Positions 61,351 to 64,000 of a stretch of DNA of 64,000 bases are shown here, piece after piece. A program made the translations under genes and the position numbers. Each line of letters opens with the position of its first letter. Position 1 is the stretch's first letter. Under the pieces are notes generated by a model. The model was not told the DNA's origin. It was given only the letters and a program-made list of their open reading frames with translations, and did no database searches. Source of the DNA: Octopus sinensis (lineage: Eukaryota); the NCBI RefSeq assembly GCF_006345805.1, contig NC_043000.1:1798001-1862000 (forward strand). Reading direction: 5' to 3'.

Positions 61351-61493
61351 ACCATTGACTGTAAATGGTACCACTCCTGAAAGAGTTGAAGAACTGGCTT
61401 ATGTGGAGAGTTACACTCCATATATGAGTTTCACTTGTCGCCTTCGAAGAGCTATCTTTGACACTATATACCAGTTGCTTTTGGGACTTTTAG
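61351..61493 (+). CDS. LEMD3: LEMD3 coding exon 6 (143 nt; RPLTVNGTTPERVEELAYVESYTPYMSFTCRLRRAIFDTIYQLLLGLL-G), start of transmembrane helix 2
   Basis: TTCATTACAG| acceptor, TAG|GTGAGT donor; S-x-x-P-x-M-S-F-x-C-R-x-R-R-A is the diagnostic MAN1/LEM2 pre-TM2 motif; phase 2 to 1. Downstream exons not found in the window. Confidence 0.92.
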
Positions 61494-64000
61494 GTGAGTA
61501 GATAGAGCCACTTCTTATTTCTATTCTGCTTGGGGAATTAGTACAAACAGCTAAGTCAGGTTGTGGGAAATCATTTTTAGGGTCTTTTCAGTTTGAACGG
61601 CAGTTTTTTCTAGCGGTGTCATATGAAATTGTCACCCATAATTATGACCCTAGTATCGATCTATTGCATTTCAATCTATTTTAGGGTTAGGGGTGGGGGA
61701 AGGGTATTTTTTTTCTTCAGAAATGTAAATAAACCCAATCTGTTTCTTAAACGAGGGACATATTCATACGGCACAGAATGTTTTTTACCTCAATGAACGT
61801 CAGTGATTGGTTGAAATTGCAGAAATTGAAGAAAGAAACAACAAATATCTTACAAACTATAGAATTTTCTCGATAAAGCCAAGAGATAAAGATGTTTTAT
61901 AAACACATTCTACCAGTATACGAAGTTTAAAATTTTTTAGTTACCTAGAAATTATGTTAAAAACTGCCGTTCAAACCGAAAAGATCCCATTTTTGTACTA
62001 GATGAAGGATAATTGACTTTGACTTTTGAAACTGCAACAGTCCAGACTTGTTTCTGTATGTTTATGGAGTATATTATCTGTATTAACCTTATTGACTCTC
62101 TGACATGAGTATTTTAGCTCTAGGTAAAGTAGTATATGTCTACTTTCCTTCCCTGGTCTACCTGTTTGACAACAGTTTCAACTTGTTTTACTGTTGAAGA
62201 GGATCCTGCAATAATGGTACAAATTTACACAAGTCATCCAAGCCATGTTGGCATGGGAAACAGTTCACATCAGCCATTTCACTTCTGCCACATTTAATTT
62301 TTCTCTTATATCATTGAAAATTCTGATGTTCCACAGAACATCCCAAGAGTTCGTCCTCTAATCAAAATTAGTTTTGAGATCTGTTTATTTGGAGATTGAT
62401 GATAGTTTGGAAATGAACTAATTACATCTGTAATTGGGAGAAATGTTTATATACTCTCTCTCTTTTACTCTTTTACTTGTTTCAGTCATTTGAATGCGGC
62501 CATGCTGGAGCACCGCCTTTTAGTCGAGCAAATCGACCCCGGGACTTATTCTTTGTTAGCCCAGTACTTATTCTATCGGTCTCTTTTGCCGAACTGCTAA
62601 GTGACGGGGACATAAACACACCAGCATCGGTTGTCAAGCAATGCTAGGGGAACAAACACATACACACAAACATATACACACACATACATATATATACATA
62701 TATACGACAGGCTTCTTTCAGTTTCCGTCTACCAAATCCACTCACAAGGCTTTGGTCGGCCCGGGGCTATAGCAGAAGACACTTGCCCAAGATGCCACGC
62801 AGTGGGACTGAACCCGGAACAATTTGGTTGGTTAGCAAGCTACTTACCACACAGCCACTCCTGCGCCTATGTGTGTGTTTGTAGACAATCAGTATGAAAC
62901 AATAAGGCACAACTGTTTGAATGCTAACAATTTGGCACAGCTGACTGGACATTCAGCCTGTTTTGGTACTGGAAACAAACACATGTAGACAGGAATATTC
63001 ATTTACTGAAAGAAAGGGAGAGAGATTACAATTTATTCATTGAATATTATTGACATAAATATTTTCCCTCTCCTCTTACACAGAGAAGTGGAGAGGGTGA
63101 AAATGGGAAAAAACATTAAAGCATTTGGTATTAGATACATCAGTGTTGAATCAACAGTGCCACATAAGTAACACCAAAACGTTTCATGCTCATATATAAA
63201 TATATGTATATAGGTAGATAGATCTAATGTACTGCCTTATTTAACACTCCTGCCTACTTTGTGTTCCTTTATGTTTACTCTGTTAAAAACATTCAGACCA
63301 GACACCTGGTTCCCTCCACATGCTTTTATTGCCTGTGGATGTACAAGGGTGAGCATCAGATGCATTAATCTCATAGGGCTAAGGACATGAGGGAGTCAAA
63401 GTCATGTGACTCATCCCTTCTCCTCTGATGGACTGAATATGTACACTAGGAATAAGTTTATATGTATTTAAAGGGTCTTTTGTTTGTTCCTTCTCGAGCC
63501 ATGCCTGGCTCATAAGGGCCGTTTTCACGGTTTCCTTGACACATAGGTTCCCCACCTGGATGGGATGCCAGTCCGTCGCAGGTAAGATGCAGGAGGAAAG
63601 AGTAAGAGAAAGTTATGGCGAAAGAGTCAGCAGAAGTTTGCCATTACCTTCTGCCGGAGCCATGTGGAGCTTAGGTGTTTTGCTCATAAACACACACATC
63701 GCCCGGTCTGAGATTCGAACCAGCAATCCCTCGACCGCTCTAACTACTAGGCCATGTGCCTCCACATTTAAAGGGTCTGAAAATGGTTAAGACTGAAATG
63801 ATCAAAACTAAACCAAATAACTGTGACAAGTGAGTTTACTAGCGTTGTGATACCAACAAGTAATTTTCAGGTATGTGTGTATGTTTTTGTTTTGTTTTTT
63901 TGTTTGTTTTTACCCACCTTGCCATTATCTTTTGTTGCACTTCTGGCTTGTTCATTGATCTCTTCCAGATTAAAACTAGAAGTAAAGAGGTGCTTGATTA

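Noticed and set aside
63871-64000. Open hydrophobic frame after TTTTCAG as exon 7
   Set aside because: Hydrophobicity comes from T-richness; it lacks the expected basic/acidic post-TM2 motif, and the CAG|GTATGT context looks more like a donor.

Overview
AT-rich, repeat-dense animal genomic DNA, very probably from an octopus (the tRNA-derived SINE families, (GAT)n-tailed RTE LINEs and (TA/CA)n load resemble the Octopus repeat landscape; assigned from recall, not a search). The one recognisable host gene is on the + strand: a MAN1/LEMD3 inner-nuclear-membrane orthologue. I reconstructed six coding exons by hand (17380-18442, 48096-48142, 51144-51216, 56339-56436, 58171-58229, 61351-61493). All have AG/GT boundaries and compatible phases 1-0-1-0-2-1; intron 1 is 29.65 kb and the gene runs off the right edge. 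The rest is mostly layered mobile DNA: CR1 LINEs (one with an uninterrupted 716-aa RT ORF), RTE LINEs with a PHD-type finger and a variable-number 3'UTR repeat, three SINE families, TTAA-type MITEs, non-autonomous Helitrons, candidate Ginger- and Merlin-type MITEs, and a fossil hAT transposase split by at least five later insertions. Best leads: (1) a SINE and a LINE share a 3' tail whose hairpin is kept by compensatory changes; (2) a fold-back scar at 41.2 kb looks like an RTE insertion that self-primed on its own cDNA; (3) SINE multimers always join at the same junction; (4) competing inverted repeats bracket the frame-critical exon 3. I found no prokaryote-type system, CRISPR array or true tRNA/rRNA gene. 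Repeat coordinates are hand-read and may be off by some tens of bases unless a TSD or TIR is given.
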